Positions 38,440-47,940 of a stretch of 64,000 nt of DNA are shown one piece after another. The DNA lies in contig CAYMZX010000001.1 of NCBI GenBank assembly GCA_964395115.1, positions 14,751-78,750 of the forward strand, given 5' to 3'. Position numbers and translations under genes: made by a program. The first letter of the stretch is position 1. Every line of letters begins with the position of its first letter. The stretch comes from an uncultured Gammaproteobacteria bacterium (lineage in GTDB: Bacteria; Patescibacteriota; Microgenomatia; UBA8517). The notes beneath the pieces were generated by a model. That model was not told where the DNA came from. It ran no database searches and saw nothing but the letters and a program-made list of their open reading frames with translations.

Positions 38440-39492
38440 TCAAATTTTTTTTGAAACTCTAATCTTTTTCAAAAGCGAAGAGTTTTCCAGCACCTTTCCG
38501 CAGCCTCTGACCACACAAGTAAGGGGGTCATTGGCAATCCAAACGGGCACTTTTGTTACCTCAGATATCATTTTATCGATCCCGGGAAGAAGCGAGCCGC
38601 CTCCGGCTAAAACAATACCTCTTTCCATTATATCGGACATGAGCTCTGGCGGAGTCTCCTCTATGGTATCGGCAATATTGCTGATAATTTCTTGAACAAC
38701 TGATGCTAACGCTTCCCTTATTTCGCTTGAGGAAAGTTTGATAGATTTTGGCAACCCAGATTCCAAGTCTCGGCCCCTGACAACTTCGAATTTTTCTTTT
38801 CCTACTATTCCCGCCCCAATATTTATTTTGACCGACTCAGCTGTTGGTTGTCCAAGAAGAAGAGAATATTTCAATTTGACATAATTAATGATCGCCTCGT
38901 CCATCTCATCCCCGGCAATTCTAATTGAGCGCCCCAAGACTAGGCCCCCCAAGGAAATAACCGCCATTTCTGATGTCCCGCCGCCGATATCGACAATAAA
39001 AATTCCCTCAGCGCCTAAAATAGGAAGCCCAGCTCCAATGGCAGCGGCCATAGGCTCTTCGATAAGGTGGGCCTCTCGGGCACCGGCGTCCATAGCCGCA
39101 TCGGCAACCGCCCGTCTTTCAACCTCCGTTACGCCCGACGGAATGCCGATAACCACTCGAGGTCGGGGAATTTTAGGAATTATCGTTCCTGATTCGTGCA
39201 CTCGCCTTATATAAAAAGACAGCATGGCCGCCGTCGCATCAAAGTCGGCGATTACTCCGTCCTTCAATGGTCTAATCGTTTCGATCGTGGCCGGCGCTCT
39301 CCCGAGCATTTTTTTGGCGGAACCGCCGATAGCTAAAATTTCTTTTGTTTTTTTATGGCGTGCAACCACTGAGGGCTCCCTAATAACTACGCCCTTACCT
39401 TGGACCCAAACCAAAGTATTGGCTGTCCCCAAATCTATACCAATATCGTGCGAAAAAAGGCCCAGCAAAGGATTTAAAAGAAAGTATCTCAT
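38440..39492 (-). CDS. mreB: rod-shape determining protein MreB
   Basis: Actin-fold motifs DIGIDLGTANT, GGGTS, and MreB length. Confidence 0.9.
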   Translation of the reverse strand: MRYFLLNPLLGLFSHDIGIDLGTANTLVWVQGKGVVIREPSVVARHKKTKEILAIGGSAKKMLGRAPATIETIRPLKDGVIADFDATAAMLSFYIRRVHESGTIIPKIPRPRVVIGIPSGVTEVERRAVADAAMDAGAREAHLIEEPMAAAIGAGLPILGAEGIFIVDIGGGTSEMAVISLGGLVLGRSIRIAGDEMDEAIINYVKLKYSLLLGQPTAESVKINIGAGIVGKEKFEVVRGRDLESGLPKSIKLSSSEIREALASVVQEIISNIADTIEETPPELMSDIMERGIVLAGGGSLLPGIDKMISEVTKVPVWIANDPLTCVVRGCGKVLENSSLLKKIRVSKKI

Positions 39493-39530
39493 ATGACTTT
39501 CACAGCGCAGTATAACTTTTTAATAATAAG

Positions 39531-41606
39531 TTGCAAAGAGTAGTTTGGTGGGGCAAAATTAGTCAGATGTTTTTATTGCTAGATAAGGCTATCTCTTTTC
39601 TTTTTTATATTCTTTTCTTTCTCGTCCCGTTGATTTTTTGTCCGTTAACCTCGGAGTTGTTTGAATTTAATAAAATGGTCACAGTTTATCTTCTGACAGT
39701 TTTAATCTTGACCTGCTGGTTCGGAAAAATGATTCTTGCCAAAAAAATAGTCTTCCGTCGCACAATCTTTGACTACCCTTTATTGATCTTTTTGTTTTCC
39801 CAGGGCCTCTCAACCATCTTTTCGATAGATTTCCGCACCTCTCTTCTAGGTTATTATTCCCGATTCCATGGCGGTTTCTTATCTTATCTTTGTTATTCTC
39901 TATTATATTGGGCATATGTCTCTAATTTGGAAAAGGAAAAGACAGTCAAATCTTTGCGTTTTCTGTTATTATCCGCAGTTTTAGTTTCTTTTTACGGCGT
40001 GCTTCAGCATTTTGGCATCGATAAGGATTATTGGGTCCAAGATGTCGTTAGCCGCGTTTTCTCCACCTTTGGCCAACCTAATTGGCTTGCCTCTTGGCTA
40101 GTCGTAATCCTCCCAGTCTCTTGGGCAATGATGTTATCGTGGAAGGAAAAATATTTTGACATCAAACACCGTTGGTTATTATTCGCAATTTCTGGACTAT
40201 ACTTTTTAGTCCTTCTTTATACCAAATCGCGTTCGGGCCTTTTAGCTTTTCTCGTCTCCTGGGTCGTCTTCTGGTTCCCAATACTATTTTATTATCTAAG
40301 AGGGACGGAGTTTGCCGAGTCCCAACTGTTGAAAAAGTTTTTTATCTTAAATTTTTCATACTTGGTTATTTTTTTATTAACTCCTACTCCCTACTTTGCC
40401 GGTCTTCCCGCTTTTCTCCAAAAAAGAAGCGTTCCGGATGAAACGATGGTAAAAGGACCAGCATTGGAAATCGGAGGTACTGAATCGGGAACAATCCGAA
40501 AAATAGTCTGGAAAGGGGCTGTCGATATTTGGAAACATTACCCAATCTTGGGAACAGGAGTAGAAACTTTCGCTTATTCTTATTATCAATTCAGGCCTGT
40601 TGAACATAATCTTGTTTCCGAATGGGACTTTCTTTACAACAAAGCCCATAATGAGTTTCTTAATTTCGCCGCCACCACCGGAACTCTAGGCTTAGGAGCT
40701 TATTTATTTCTAATCGGAAGTTTTATTTACTTTCTGATAAAAAACTGGCGGGTTTCTTTTTTTCATCTAGCTTTTCTCTCAGGAATTATTGGTTTAGAGG
40801 TTAGTTATTTTTTTGGCTTTTCCGTAGTTCCCACTTCTCTTCTTCTTTTCTTAATCCCAGGGATGGCAATCGCTTTTTCGGAAACCAAATCGCGCAAAGA
40901 AAAAGAACCAAAAGGGCTATCTTTGGGGCAAAAGCTTGGACTTATATTGCTTATAATTGTTACGGCCTGGTTTGTTATTTCTATAGGAAAATATTGGTTG
41001 GCCGACCTCAATTATTCCCGCGGCAAATCTGCAAATTCTTCTGATAATTTTAATGCCGCCCGAGAATACCTTTCGCAAGCAATTAAACTTTCACCCAATG
41101 AAAGTATTTTTTGGGACGAGTTATCCGAGACCGATGCCCAACTGGCAATTGCTCTATCGGAAAGTGGTCAGAAAGAACAAGCTTCTATATTTATTGAGAC
41201 CGCCATCAGGGAATCAGACCGGGCAATCTTTTTGTCCCCAAAAAATGTCAATATTAAAAGAAATCGAGCCTCGACTTTTATTAAGCTTTCGGCGTTTGAT
41301 CCTAACTTTCTCAAAAGGGCTCGTGACGTTCTCCAGGAAACAATTCTCTTGGCTCCGACCGAGGCAAAGCTTTTTTATAATCTTGGCTTAACCTATCTGC
41401 GTTTGGGAGATTATGAGAATTCGATAAAGACCCTAGGAAAAACGGTCACTATGAAGCCCAACTACCGAGATGCCAGACTGGCAATGGCTTTCGCCCTTAT
41501 TGATGTCGGAGAAAAAAACCGCGCCAAAGAACAGTTAAATTATATCTTGGAAAAAATTTATCCCGAAGACCCAATTACCAGGCAAACATTGGAAGACTTG
41601 GAATAA
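39531..41606 (+). CDS. O-antigen ligase/polymerase-like membrane protein with C-terminal TPR repeats
   Basis: ~12 transmembrane helices with a Wzy_C-like loop (NKAHNEFLNFAATTGTLGLGAYL), then TPR repeats (LGLTYLRLGDYENSIKTLGK...). Confidence 0.65.
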   Translation: MQRVVWWGKISQMFLLLDKAISFLFYILFFLVPLIFCPLTSELFEFNKMVTVYLLTVLILTCWFGKMILAKKIVFRRTIFDYPLLIFLFSQGLSTIFSIDFRTSLLGYYSRFHGGFLSYLCYSLLYWAYVSNLEKEKTVKSLRFLLLSAVLVSFYGVLQHFGIDKDYWVQDVVSRVFSTFGQPNWLASWLVVILPVSWAMMLSWKEKYFDIKHRWLLFAISGLYFLVLLYTKSRSGLLAFLVSWVVFWFPILFYYLRGTEFAESQLLKKFFILNFSYLVIFLLTPTPYFAGLPAFLQKRSVPDETMVKGPALEIGGTESGTIRKIVWKGAVDIWKHYPILGTGVETFAYSYYQFRPVEHNLVSEWDFLYNKAHNEFLNFAATTGTLGLGAYLFLIGSFIYFLIKNWRVSFFHLAFLSGIIGLEVSYFFGFSVVPTSLLLFLIPGMAIAFSETKSRKEKEPKGLSLGQKLGLILLIIVTAWFVISIGKYWLADLNYSRGKSANSSDNFNAAREYLSQAIKLSPNESIFWDELSETDAQLAIALSESGQKEQASIFIETAIRESDRAIFLSPKNVNIKRNRASTFIKLSAFDPNFLKRARDVLQETILLAPTEAKLFYNLGLTYLRLGDYENSIKTLGKTVTMKPNYRDARLAMAFALIDVGEKNRAKEQLNYILEKIYPEDPITRQTLEDLE

Positions 41607-42136
41607 TGATTAGAAAAATTTTGCCTACCAATGACCCCAGATTAAGAATCCCTTCGAAGCCGGTTGCTAAAATTGATAAAAAAGTGCTCTCAATCATCAG
41701 AGACCTAAAAGATACTTTGGCCGCCCAAAAAGATCCGGAGGGGGTAGGATTAGCCGCCCCCCAAATCGGTAAAAACTTAAGAATTTTTGTAATGAGGGAC
41801 GCCGGGGAAACAAGAGCTGTCATCAACCCTAAAATAATAAAAATCTCCGAACCGAAAGGAACGAATAAGAAAGCGGGGAAAGGAACCCTTTTGGAGGGAT
41901 GTCTTTCTTTACCCCATTATTACGGACCTTTAAGACGACCCTCTCTGGTTACTCTTAAATTTACAACCCCTGAAGGGAAAGAGATGGTGGAAGAGTTTGT
42001 CGGATTCACTAGCCAAATAGTCCAGCATGAAATCGACCACCTTGACGGCACTCTTTTTATAGACCGGCTCCTAAAAGCAAAAAAACCGTTATTTAAACTA
42101 AAAAAAGATGGCTGGGAAAAGGTGGACTTGACTTAA
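41606..42136 (+). CDS. def: peptide deformylase
   Basis: Motifs GVGLAAPQIG, EGCLSLP, HEIDHLDG. Confidence 0.9.
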   Translation: MIRKILPTNDPRLRIPSKPVAKIDKKVLSIIRDLKDTLAAQKDPEGVGLAAPQIGKNLRIFVMRDAGETRAVINPKIIKISEPKGTNKKAGKGTLLEGCLSLPHYYGPLRRPSLVTLKFTTPEGKEMVEEFVGFTSQIVQHEIDHLDGTLFIDRLLKAKKPLFKLKKDGWEKVDLT

Positions 42137-43096
42137 ATGAGAATTGTTTTTTTCGGAACCCCCGAATATGTTCTCCCAATTGTGGAGAAAATTTATAAGG
42201 AGTTTAGAAGTCGAGTTTCAAGACTTTCGCCAATTGTTGCGGTGGTAACTCAAAAGCCGAAACCAGTTGGCAGAAAGCATTTTTTTGAGTACTCGGCGAT
42301 TGACAGTTGGTCTCACAAAAAACAAATCCCGGTTTTTTACTCTCCTCAAGATTTGCTAAAAAGCGGAGTGGAAGCCGATTTAGGAATCCTAGCGGCTTAC
42401 GGCGAGATCATTCCCCCAGAGATAATTGATCATTTTCCTCACGGAATTCTTAATATTCACCCCTCGCTCCTCCCTAAATATCGAGGGCCCTCCCCCATTC
42501 AAGCAGCCCTTCTCTCTCCAAATCCTAAAACGGGGGTGACCATTATTAAAATCGACGAAAAGATGGATCATGGACCTATTGTTTCTCAATTTAAAGAAGA
42601 CATCAAAGAAAAGGATACTTTGGAAACACTAAGGAATCGGCTTTTTGAAAGAGCGGCCAATGTTCTTGTCGCTCTTCTCAACCCCTATCTCCAACGAAAG
42701 ATTGTCTTAAGGGAACAAAAACACCGAGAAGCTTCCTATACCACCTTAATTAATAAAGGGCACGGTTTCATTTCTGCCGAAATCCTGAGTACCGTCCTTA
42801 AGGGAGGGACGCATAAAAATCTCTGGAAAATTCCCTTTATAAAAAACCGCACTGTTAGACCAGATCCCATTTTTATTGAAAAATTTATTAGGGCTCTCTA
42901 TCCTTGGCCGGGAGCTTGGACAATAGTCAAACTAGGTTCGGGGTGGAACTTTAAAGAAAGAAGGCTTAAACTTTTAAAAGCGCATTTAGAAAGTGGGCGG
43001 CTAATCTTGGATAAAGTCCAACTAGAAGGGAAAAAGCCGGTTTCTTGGAAAGAATTTATCTCTGGTTACCCCAATGTTACTCTGGGAAAAGATTGA
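42137..43096 (+). CDS. fmt: methionyl-tRNA formyltransferase
   Basis: N-terminal formyltransferase (IVFFGTPE...NIHPSLLPKYRGPSPIQ) plus C-terminal domain. def-fmt operon. Confidence 0.9.
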   Translation: MRIVFFGTPEYVLPIVEKIYKEFRSRVSRLSPIVAVVTQKPKPVGRKHFFEYSAIDSWSHKKQIPVFYSPQDLLKSGVEADLGILAAYGEIIPPEIIDHFPHGILNIHPSLLPKYRGPSPIQAALLSPNPKTGVTIIKIDEKMDHGPIVSQFKEDIKEKDTLETLRNRLFERAANVLVALLNPYLQRKIVLREQKHREASYTTLINKGHGFISAEILSTVLKGGTHKNLWKIPFIKNRTVRPDPIFIEKFIRALYPWPGAWTIVKLGSGWNFKERRLKLLKAHLESGRLILDKVQLEGKKPVSWKEFISGYPNVTLGKD

Positions 43097-43317
43097 AGTT
43101 TTTTAGTTTTCTTAAATTTTTTCAGACATTTAGTGCACAGTTTCAAACTTGTCTTTTTACCGGAGATGACAACCGAGATTTTTTGAAGATTCGGCTTAAA
43201 TACCCTTGTTGTTACTTGAGCTCTTTTTTTCCATCTTTTACCGGCCACGCCTCTTTGATGGCGCTGAGAGCGTCCAATGACCGTTCCTTTCCCACAGTTG
43301 TCACAAACAAATGCCAT
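43066..43317 (-). CDS. rpmB: 50S ribosomal protein L28
   Basis: MAFVCDNCGKGTVIGRSQRHQ...KRWKKRAQ...FKPNL matches the L28 family (Cys-containing variant). Confidence 0.7.
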   Translation of the reverse strand: MAFVCDNCGKGTVIGRSQRHQRGVAGKRWKKRAQVTTRVFKPNLQKISVVISGKKTSLKLCTKCLKKFKKTKKLQSFPRVTLG

Positions 43318-44017
43318 AAAACTTTTAACTTTGGATGTAACAGATTATACTATATTGTATTTAGATATGACAATCATTTTCTGGCTTTTGGCTTTTGCCG
43401 TCGCCATCACTATTCATGAGGCCGCTCACGCCTGGATGGCTGACCGGCTTGGAGACCCAACACCTAGACTAACGGGGAGACTCTCGTTAAACCCGATCGT
43501 TCATTACGATCCAGTGGGTACAACTTTGCTTTTGATTTTAGTCATCCTTCGGTCGATGGGGGTACCAGTTATTCCTTTCGGCTGGGCAAAACCCGTTGTT
43601 TTCGATCCTTACAATTTGGCAAATCCGAGGCGGGACACCGCTCTAATTTCTCTTGCCGGCCCCAGCGCCAACATTATATTGGCGATCGTACTTTCCCTTG
43701 TTTTGAGAATCGGTTTCTCTCCTCTTTCGCCCCTCAATTTTTTAACTGGAATTTTCTATCCATTGATTATTCTTAATATCGCTCTGGCAGTTTTTAATTT
43801 AATTCCCACCCACCCTTTGGATGGGGGGAAAATCCTGGTGGGACTCCTTCCTCAAAAAGAAGCTCGAACGGTAGATCTTTTCTTGAGCCGTTACGGGATT
43901 TTGGTTCTCTTTTTCCTGATTTTTCCTGTTGGGGGGATCTCGTTTCTAAATCTTTTCGTTGCCCCTCTCATTTCCTTAATTATTAAGCTTCTTATCCCCG
44001 GAGGCCAAATCGTTTAA
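43277..44017 (+). CDS. M50-family (site-2 protease-like) membrane metalloprotease; probable start near 43370
   Basis: HEAAHAWMADRLGD (HExxH in a transmembrane helix) and a later NLIPTHPLDGG motif. Confidence 0.7.
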   Translation: MTVPFPQLSQTNAIKLLTLDVTDYTILYLDMTIIFWLLAFAVAITIHEAAHAWMADRLGDPTPRLTGRLSLNPIVHYDPVGTTLLLILVILRSMGVPVIPFGWAKPVVFDPYNLANPRRDTALISLAGPSANIILAIVLSLVLRIGFSPLSPLNFLTGIFYPLIILNIALAVFNLIPTHPLDGGKILVGLLPQKEARTVDLFLSRYGILVLFFLIFPVGGISFLNLFVAPLISLIIKLLIPGGQIV

Positions 44018-44022
44018 AAAAG

Positions 44023-44107
44023 TGCTGGGAGTAGGATTCGAACCTACGAAGCCCTTTCGGGCGCCAGATTTACAGTCTGGTGCGTTTGTCCGCTCCGCCA
44101 TCCCAGC
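44023..44107 (-). tRNA. tRNA-Tyr (anticodon GUA)
   Basis: Reverse complement: acceptor GCTGGGA/TCCCAGC, anticodon stem CCAGA/TCTGG with loop CUGUAAA (GUA), long variable arm, T-loop GGTTCGAATCC. Confidence 0.85.
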
Positions 44108-44133
44108 ATTAAAACCAGTAAAGACCTATAATG

Positions 44134-44205
44134 AGCCGACGAGTGGATTCGAACCACTGACTTGCTGTTTACAAAACAGCTACTCTACCGCTGAGTTACG
44201 TCGGC
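44134..44205 (-). tRNA. tRNA-Thr (anticodon UGU)
   Basis: Reverse complement: acceptor GCCGACG/CGTCGGC, D-arm ACTC-AGCGGTA-GAGT, anticodon stem GCTGT/ACAGC with loop UUUGUAA (UGU), T-loop GGTTCGAATCC. Confidence 0.85.
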
Positions 44206-44404
44206 TTGCAAGCACATTATACCAAAAAATCGGCGACCCTGCCGCAAAGAGCCCGGTGATTTTCCTGGAAAAATTCCAGGTGGGTGAGCTGCCTGAAAAC
44301 CCACGGGTTTTCAAGACTCCGCCCTCCCATTAATAACTCTTCGGTCAGGAAAGTCTCCCGACGCTCTTCACATGCAGGGTCTACTATAATTTTAGCAGGG
44401 AAAG

Positions 44405-45313
44405 TCAATATTGAACAAACTCCGGCTGGCCCCAGTCTGACATATAAGTAAGCAGTTTTTCTTCTTTTATCAACTGCCCGTTCCGAAAAGTGGCTCTTAA
44501 AATTAATCCTTTTCTGGTCTTTTCCGACCCCATTTGATCAAAGACAAAGTTTCCTAAGGAATAATATACAGGCTTTCCATCAATTCTCTCTTCGTTTTGA
44601 ACCCAATGTGGATGATATCCAATAACAATATCGGCCCCTGATTGAACCAGTTTGAAGGCCCACAAACATTGCTTATCGTTAGCTTTATCACGATATTCTT
44701 CACCCCAATGCACTCCTATTATTAATACGTCTACCTGTTTGTCCGAATCTAAAACCAACTTGATATCAGAATCTTTCGGAGCTTTAGATACAAAATTGAA
44801 GCCGAGAAAGCCGAATTTTATTCCTTTCACCTTTTTGATAGCTAAGTTTCCTAAACCCGTCGTTTCAATACCCCTATCTTTTAGAAGTTTGGTTGTTTCT
44901 TTCAGTCCTTTTTCCCCGTAATCTTTAGAATGGTTATTGGCAAGGTTAACTATATCCACGCCGGCAAAAACCAGGCCCTGAATCATTTTGGGGTCAGCGC
45001 AAAATACAAAACCCGAATTTGACCGCGGACAATCGGAAACAAAGAGGTTCTCAAGATTGATAAAGACGATATCGGCCGATCGAAGTATATCGCCTACCTT
45101 AGCAAAAGGATAGGCTGGATCTTTCAAATCAAGGCTTTTGGTCATAACCGACCTTCCCAACATTACGTCCCCGGTTAGAATTATTACGACGTCCCGACTG
45201 AAAACTTTCAAAGGATTTTCCTCTCTCTTTTTTGGCAAGGTGGTAGCAAAATACAGAAGAAGTCCCAAAAAAGAGGCCGCCAAAACCAAAAGGAATGACT
45301 GCCGTTTTTCCAT
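44405..45313 (-). CDS. CapA/PGA_cap-family metallophosphatase-like protein
   Basis: N-terminal anchor, motifs ILTGDVMLGRSV, FINLEN, VHWGEEY characteristic of CapA. Confidence 0.75.
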   Translation of the reverse strand: MEKRQSFLLVLAASFLGLLLYFATTLPKKREENPLKVFSRDVVIILTGDVMLGRSVMTKSLDLKDPAYPFAKVGDILRSADIVFINLENLFVSDCPRSNSGFVFCADPKMIQGLVFAGVDIVNLANNHSKDYGEKGLKETTKLLKDRGIETTGLGNLAIKKVKGIKFGFLGFNFVSKAPKDSDIKLVLDSDKQVDVLIIGVHWGEEYRDKANDKQCLWAFKLVQSGADIVIGYHPHWVQNEERIDGKPVYYSLGNFVFDQMGSEKTRKGLILRATFRNGQLIKEEKLLTYMSDWGQPEFVQY

Positions 45314-45358
45314 TCCTTTAATCAGTATAGCAACTTCTGATATAATTCATTTCTAACT

Positions 45359-45431
45359 GCCGAGGTAGCTCAGTCGGTAGAGCATGCCCTTGGTAAGGGC
45401 AAGGTCATGGGTTCGATTCCCATCCTCGGCT
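45359..45431 (+). tRNA. tRNA-Thr (anticodon GGU)
   Basis: GCCGAGGTAGCTCAGTCGGTAGAGCA-TGCCC-TTGGTAA-GGGCA-AGGTC-ATGGGTTCGATTCCCAT-CCTCGGCT; cloverleaf with anticodon GGT. Confidence 0.9.
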
Positions 45432-45436
45432 CTTGT

Positions 45437-45610
45437 ATGGCAAAAAAGGGCGCGCGGGAGATTGTCGCTTTAATCTGTTCTATTTGTAAAAATCAAAACT
45501 ACATCACGGAACGGAATAAGGTTAATATGGAAGGAAAGTTGGAGATTAAAAAATTTTGCCAATTCTGCAGGAAACACCAACTTCATAAAGAATCCTCAAA
45601 ACTCAAATAA
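45437..45610 (+). CDS. rpmG: 50S ribosomal protein L33
   Basis: MAKKGAREIVALICSICKNQNYITERNKVN...KFCQFCRKHQLHKE; L33 with C4 zinc ribbon. Start trimmed to internal Met. Confidence 0.85.
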   Translation: MAKKGAREIVALICSICKNQNYITERNKVNMEGKLEIKKFCQFCRKHQLHKESSKLK

Positions 45611-45651
45611 ATCGCTTCTAGGATAAAAAATTGGTATAATTTGGCTTGTTT

Positions 45652-45722
45652 AGGGGCGTCGTTCAATGGAAGGACAGAGGTCTCCAAAACCTCTAATGGG
45701 AGTTCGATTCTCTCCGCCCCTG
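45652..45722 (+). tRNA. tRNA-Trp (anticodon CCA)
   Basis: AGGGGCG acceptor, anticodon stem GAGGT/ACCTC with loop CUCCAAA (CCA), T-loop GGAGTTCGATTCTCTCC. Classic position next to rpmG. Confidence 0.85.
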
Positions 45723-45866
45723 CTAGTTCAGTCTTCATGAACCCGTTGGGCCTCAATCTTTCCAATGAGCTTCGAAGTGCACCTTACCACAATTATATAA
45801 ACCTATCCAAACCACGAGAAGGCTTGCTTTAATTTACTATAGGTAGTATAATTCCAATCCTAACAA

Positions 45867-47810
45867 ATGGAAAAAGAATCTTTGTCACGCCGAGAGTTCT
45901 TAAAGTTTTTGGGGGCAACAAGTGCAGCAGCAGTTTATGGTCTTTCCCCCACCCCTCTTCGTGCTGGTGTTGAAACTGTTTTACAAGCTCCAGAGGAAGG
46001 CGATCCTATTTTAGCCAAAGATTTACTCCTATTACCCGAAAAAACCGAGGAATGTATGGCACCAGTCACTTTTGAGTCTCCAGTAACGGTGGTGGATTTT
46101 CCCTTATATCGTTACCGTTCACACGGTCCGGGCACTTTCGACTATAATCTGGAACTACCCATAAACTTTTTTGTCTTACCCCCTGGTTTTAATACTTTTT
46201 GCAAGGATTTTTATTATTTTCGAGACCCCTCCTGTAGAAACGAGGAGGAGGAAATTATCAGAACGACAATTTTGCCGGATACGATGGGAACACACAATTT
46301 ATTGATAGCCTTTCTTGATAGAGGGAAATTTAACAGGCTTGATGGCTATGTTCCTTCTACTGTTGCCTGTAATAGAAATCAAGAAGTTTTGGGAACAATG
46401 ACTTATTGGGTTGGCGAAGACGGAAAAAGAATTTATCCAAACAAAATAGGAAATTTACTTATTGCTTTCGAGGAACTTCTTAAGTGGCAGGAAAGAAATG
46501 GTCCGCTAAAAGCTGGCAAAACATATTCGTACCTTAATCTTATAGGGCTCTCAACTTCGGAGGTTTCTTATCTTCCCGGTTATAATAGCGGGCATGCTGT
46601 CGTAAGAGCGGGGGGTGTTTGCGCTGGAGCAACTGCATTAGCGAATGCTTTTTGGAGATTAAGTCAAAACCTCGGAATGCCTTTTGAACAAGTATGTGTT
46701 GGGGGAAGGGAATCTCATGACAATCCATATGCTTTAGGCCCTTTTGCCCCCCCTTTTGATATAACCGACACTACTGTTTATATAAGCCCTGGAAGTAGAG
46801 CTGACTTGTTAATGCGCCCGCCTTGTGATTGTTACATTTCGCCTCTTTTTGCTATTGTTCCAAATCGAGTTCCGACATCGGAAACTGCTCCTGATGGGTT
46901 AGGCGTAAGGGATCCTCAAACAGGTCGAATTCTTTTGCGATCAGACGCAACACTTATAATGAATGTTGCGATTACACGCATACCTCCAAGAGTAACTTCA
47001 GAGGATTTAAGAGAGATGAGAGAGGCTTATTTTGCTTTTCGCCAAAGAAGAAATGCTAGGACACTTGAGATAATGGGTCGGGGGGCACGGTTTGTAGAAG
47101 ATCACCAATGGAGAGAAAATAGTAACCCCCCCAATTATGTTGTTGAGTCGATATATCCCGCTATTAATTTTAGACCAGACGTGTTTGAACATGAGATGGA
47201 AACATCCCCTTATTTGCAAGATGTGAAAGCTTTAATGGAGATTTTAAATTCAGTAGACCAATATTCTTATCCTGATATGGCGGCTTTGGTGCGAAATTCT
47301 AGTTGGTACCACGACAAAATGCAAAGAGGTTTACTAACGCCAAAGATAGAAAGAGGAATCGATCAGTTGAATTTTACAAGAGTAGAGGGCCAACCTGTAC
47401 AATGTGTTCAATGGGCTATTTTATTGGCCTCTTTGAATTATGGGGATTCTCCTCTGACAATCGGAGCCGCTATTAGAGGTCCTAACGATTTGATACCCTC
47501 ACATCTACTTGCGGGCCGGTATCGTGCGGTAGCTCCAAGTCTGATAGGAGGCTCTCTAATTGCGGACCCAAACTTAAAGATTGAGGAAATAAATCCGGGA
47601 GATTTGTTATTGATTAAAAACACTAGAGTAGGTCATGTAGGGGTTTTCTTGGCCGTAAAAGACGTTGGAGGTAAACGTTATGTCTTGGGTACCGATGCTA
47701 ATCGCCAAAGTACTGGAAGAATTGTTACTTTTGTTCTTACAGACGAGAATTTTGATTTTTTTTGGGGTCCACCGCCAAATAAAAAGATAATTTTGACTAA
47801 AAATAGATAA
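45867..47810 (+). CDS. Tat-signal exported protein with C-terminal CHAP/NlpC-P60-like cysteine peptidase domain
   Basis: N-terminal twin-arginine motif SRREFLKFLGATSAAAVYG. The C-terminus has a Cys...His pair in papain-like context (PVQCVQWAILLAS ... GDLLLIKNTRVGHVGVFLAV ... VLGTDAN). Confidence 0.45.
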   Translation: MEKESLSRREFLKFLGATSAAAVYGLSPTPLRAGVETVLQAPEEGDPILAKDLLLLPEKTEECMAPVTFESPVTVVDFPLYRYRSHGPGTFDYNLELPINFFVLPPGFNTFCKDFYYFRDPSCRNEEEEIIRTTILPDTMGTHNLLIAFLDRGKFNRLDGYVPSTVACNRNQEVLGTMTYWVGEDGKRIYPNKIGNLLIAFEELLKWQERNGPLKAGKTYSYLNLIGLSTSEVSYLPGYNSGHAVVRAGGVCAGATALANAFWRLSQNLGMPFEQVCVGGRESHDNPYALGPFAPPFDITDTTVYISPGSRADLLMRPPCDCYISPLFAIVPNRVPTSETAPDGLGVRDPQTGRILLRSDATLIMNVAITRIPPRVTSEDLREMREAYFAFRQRRNARTLEIMGRGARFVEDHQWRENSNPPNYVVESIYPAINFRPDVFEHEMETSPYLQDVKALMEILNSVDQYSYPDMAALVRNSSWYHDKMQRGLLTPKIERGIDQLNFTRVEGQPVQCVQWAILLASLNYGDSPLTIGAAIRGPNDLIPSHLLAGRYRAVAPSLIGGSLIADPNLKIEEINPGDLLLIKNTRVGHVGVFLAVKDVGGKRYVLGTDANRQSTGRIVTFVLTDENFDFFWGPPPNKKIILTKNR

Positions 47811-47940
47811 TTAGCCTTCGCGTCCAAAAAAACAGGTCGTCTAGAATTATTCATTGTCATAATTGTAAAACGGCTCGAATTTTTAGGTACAGGTCTGCCT
47901 GATTTGACTTTTTGAAAACACCCTTATATCATCTTGCCTA

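Noticed and set aside
43045-43419. 124-aa + strand ORF overlapping rpmB
   Set aside because: Antisense to the L28 gene and bridging into the M50 protease upstream region. No motif. The M50 gene more plausibly starts near 43370.
44206-44404. Possible RNase P or SRP RNA next to the tRNA pair (GGAAAGTC and AAACCCACGG-like words)
   Set aside because: The conserved words occur in the wrong order and strand for an RNase P P4 pairing, and no convincing SRP domain IV (GGAAGGAAGCAGC) is present. The region overlaps the CapA gene 3' end and was judged coincidental. A covariance-model scan would settle it.
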